Assembly (NCBI GenBank): GCA_002633005.1
Contig: NMRA01000279.1
Span: 11,233 to 75,232, forward strand
Length of the DNA: 64,000 nucleotides
Direction: 5' to 3'
From: Phoronis australis
Lineage: Eukaryota; Animalia; Phoronida
Shown here: in pieces, positions 62,726 through 64,000 of the stretch
How positions within the stretch are numbered: the first letter of the stretch is position 1
How the letters are laid out: the number at the start of each line of letters is the position of its first letter
Program-made: the position numbers and the translations under genes
Notes under the pieces: generated by a model
What the model saw: only the letters and a program-made list of their open reading frames with translations
What the model was told of the DNA's origin: nothing
Databases searched by the model: none

Positions 62726-64000
62726 AAGTGCTAATCATGACTGTCATTTGTCATTCAAAAGCTTCTTGAGTTCTCCTGAAGCAAAGTAAGTTTCAATGTT
62801 GACTTAAAAAGTAGCAGGCACCATGTTTTGTTCTTTTCTTGTTTGTGTCGGTTCGAACACTGCGGTTCCTAACCATTTGAAAACTCTAATGTTACTCATG
62901 AAAGGTGTTTTTCTGCATCTGGTGGAAGGAGACGTTGAACTTTTCACACATTCCACTGTTCTGCTTTGAATATATTAGCATTTGCATTTTTCTTGTTATT
63001 TGTGAATTTCTTTGTAAATAAAGATATAATTGTCCAAGGTAGTAGTAAAACAGTTTAAACACATCCGATCATATGAAGCCAAGGGAAAAGCAATCTTGAT
63101 ATTGCTACCATTGTTCTTATGTTTTTGTCGATATTTTTGATATTTGCATTTTTTTCAATTTTAGTTTGGCTCATTTTAATTCTGATAGGAGATTTGACTT
63201 CTTTGGGAATTCAATAAACATTCACATGAAATATTATGTTTTTTTATATTTTTTATTCTCCCACTTCAACATAAGCAAGGACAAAGGTATTGAAATACTA
63301 TGGTTATGAAAATGCCAGGATATTGTATTTCAACACAGTAATTGTCTTGAGTCATGGATTTCATTGAATTCCATCGTGATTTTTTAATGACTTTCATTTT
63401 GATAATTATTGGATATGTTATGTCTGTGATCAGCTTATCATGGTTATATTATTACTGTGCCAATTTGCTCTGTGCACTGGTTCTTGGGGGACACCTCTTG
63501 ATCCACGGCTCATTTTCCAGAGCATTTTTTAAAATAGAATTTCAGTTATTTGAAAACTATTAAAATTTTCTTTTATTTCCAATGAATAATAATCAGGCTT
63601 AGTATCTTAATATAATTTTCAATGTATGTTTTTCGTTTTCTAATGTGATGTGTACTCATTCCTCGACTTCAGAGTCAGACTCATTTTGGAAGCTTTGTTT
63701 TGGTTTGTGTGCATTCATTCTTGGCCAAAAGAGGGCAGTGTTGTCATGTTTCATATTTCCCAATTGATGGATGAATCTGTTTTTTTTGAAGTTTTGTCTT
63801 CCGTTTTGGACATTTTATCTTTTGATATTCATATTTTGAACATTTGGTGTTTCTCTTGTCTTTGATGGTACAAGTATTTTATTATACTGATAGGTTTATT
63901 GATAATTCATTTATATAGGTCAACTTTTATTTAGGTCAAATAATATATCGTTTTATTTGTCTTTTGTATTTGGCGTATAGTTGATTATAAAGGTAGTTTT

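Noticed and set aside
62036-62789. Poly-His, poly-Ser, poly-Asp, poly-Met and poly-Ile ORFs
   Set aside because: These are translations of a (CAT/CAC)n microsatellite across an N gap, not genes.

Overview
This is eukaryotic, intron-containing, repeat-rich DNA, most likely from an invertebrate animal. Recognisable genes: (1) a disrupted gene at ~1.0-4.0 kb (+) that fuses a stonustoxin-like (SNTX MACPF/CDC-type) N-terminus, a Cys-rich segment, a septin/AIG1-like P-loop GTPase and a Cys/His-rich plus coiled-coil tail; (2) a tandem array of four two-exon, stand-alone condensation-domain / alcohol-acyltransferase-like genes on the minus strand (7.3-42.8 kb), three intact (456, 447 and 450 aa, all with HVITDG) and one pseudogene; (3) the first two coding exons of a FYCO1 orthologue (59.1-59.6 kb, +), whose upstream region and first coding exon occur twice in a ~2 kb tandem duplication joined at an N. 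The rest is mostly transposon-derived: two LINE 3' ends, a Penelope-like fragment with an intact-looking hammerhead ribozyme, a miniature LTR element with tRNA-like LTRs, Helentron-associated HINEs carrying CTCF-like motif arrays, MITEs with 3-, 5-, 7- and 8-bp target-site duplications, minisatellites and a (CAT/CAC)n microsatellite with a gap. Family assignments come from reading motifs by eye and were not checked against databases.
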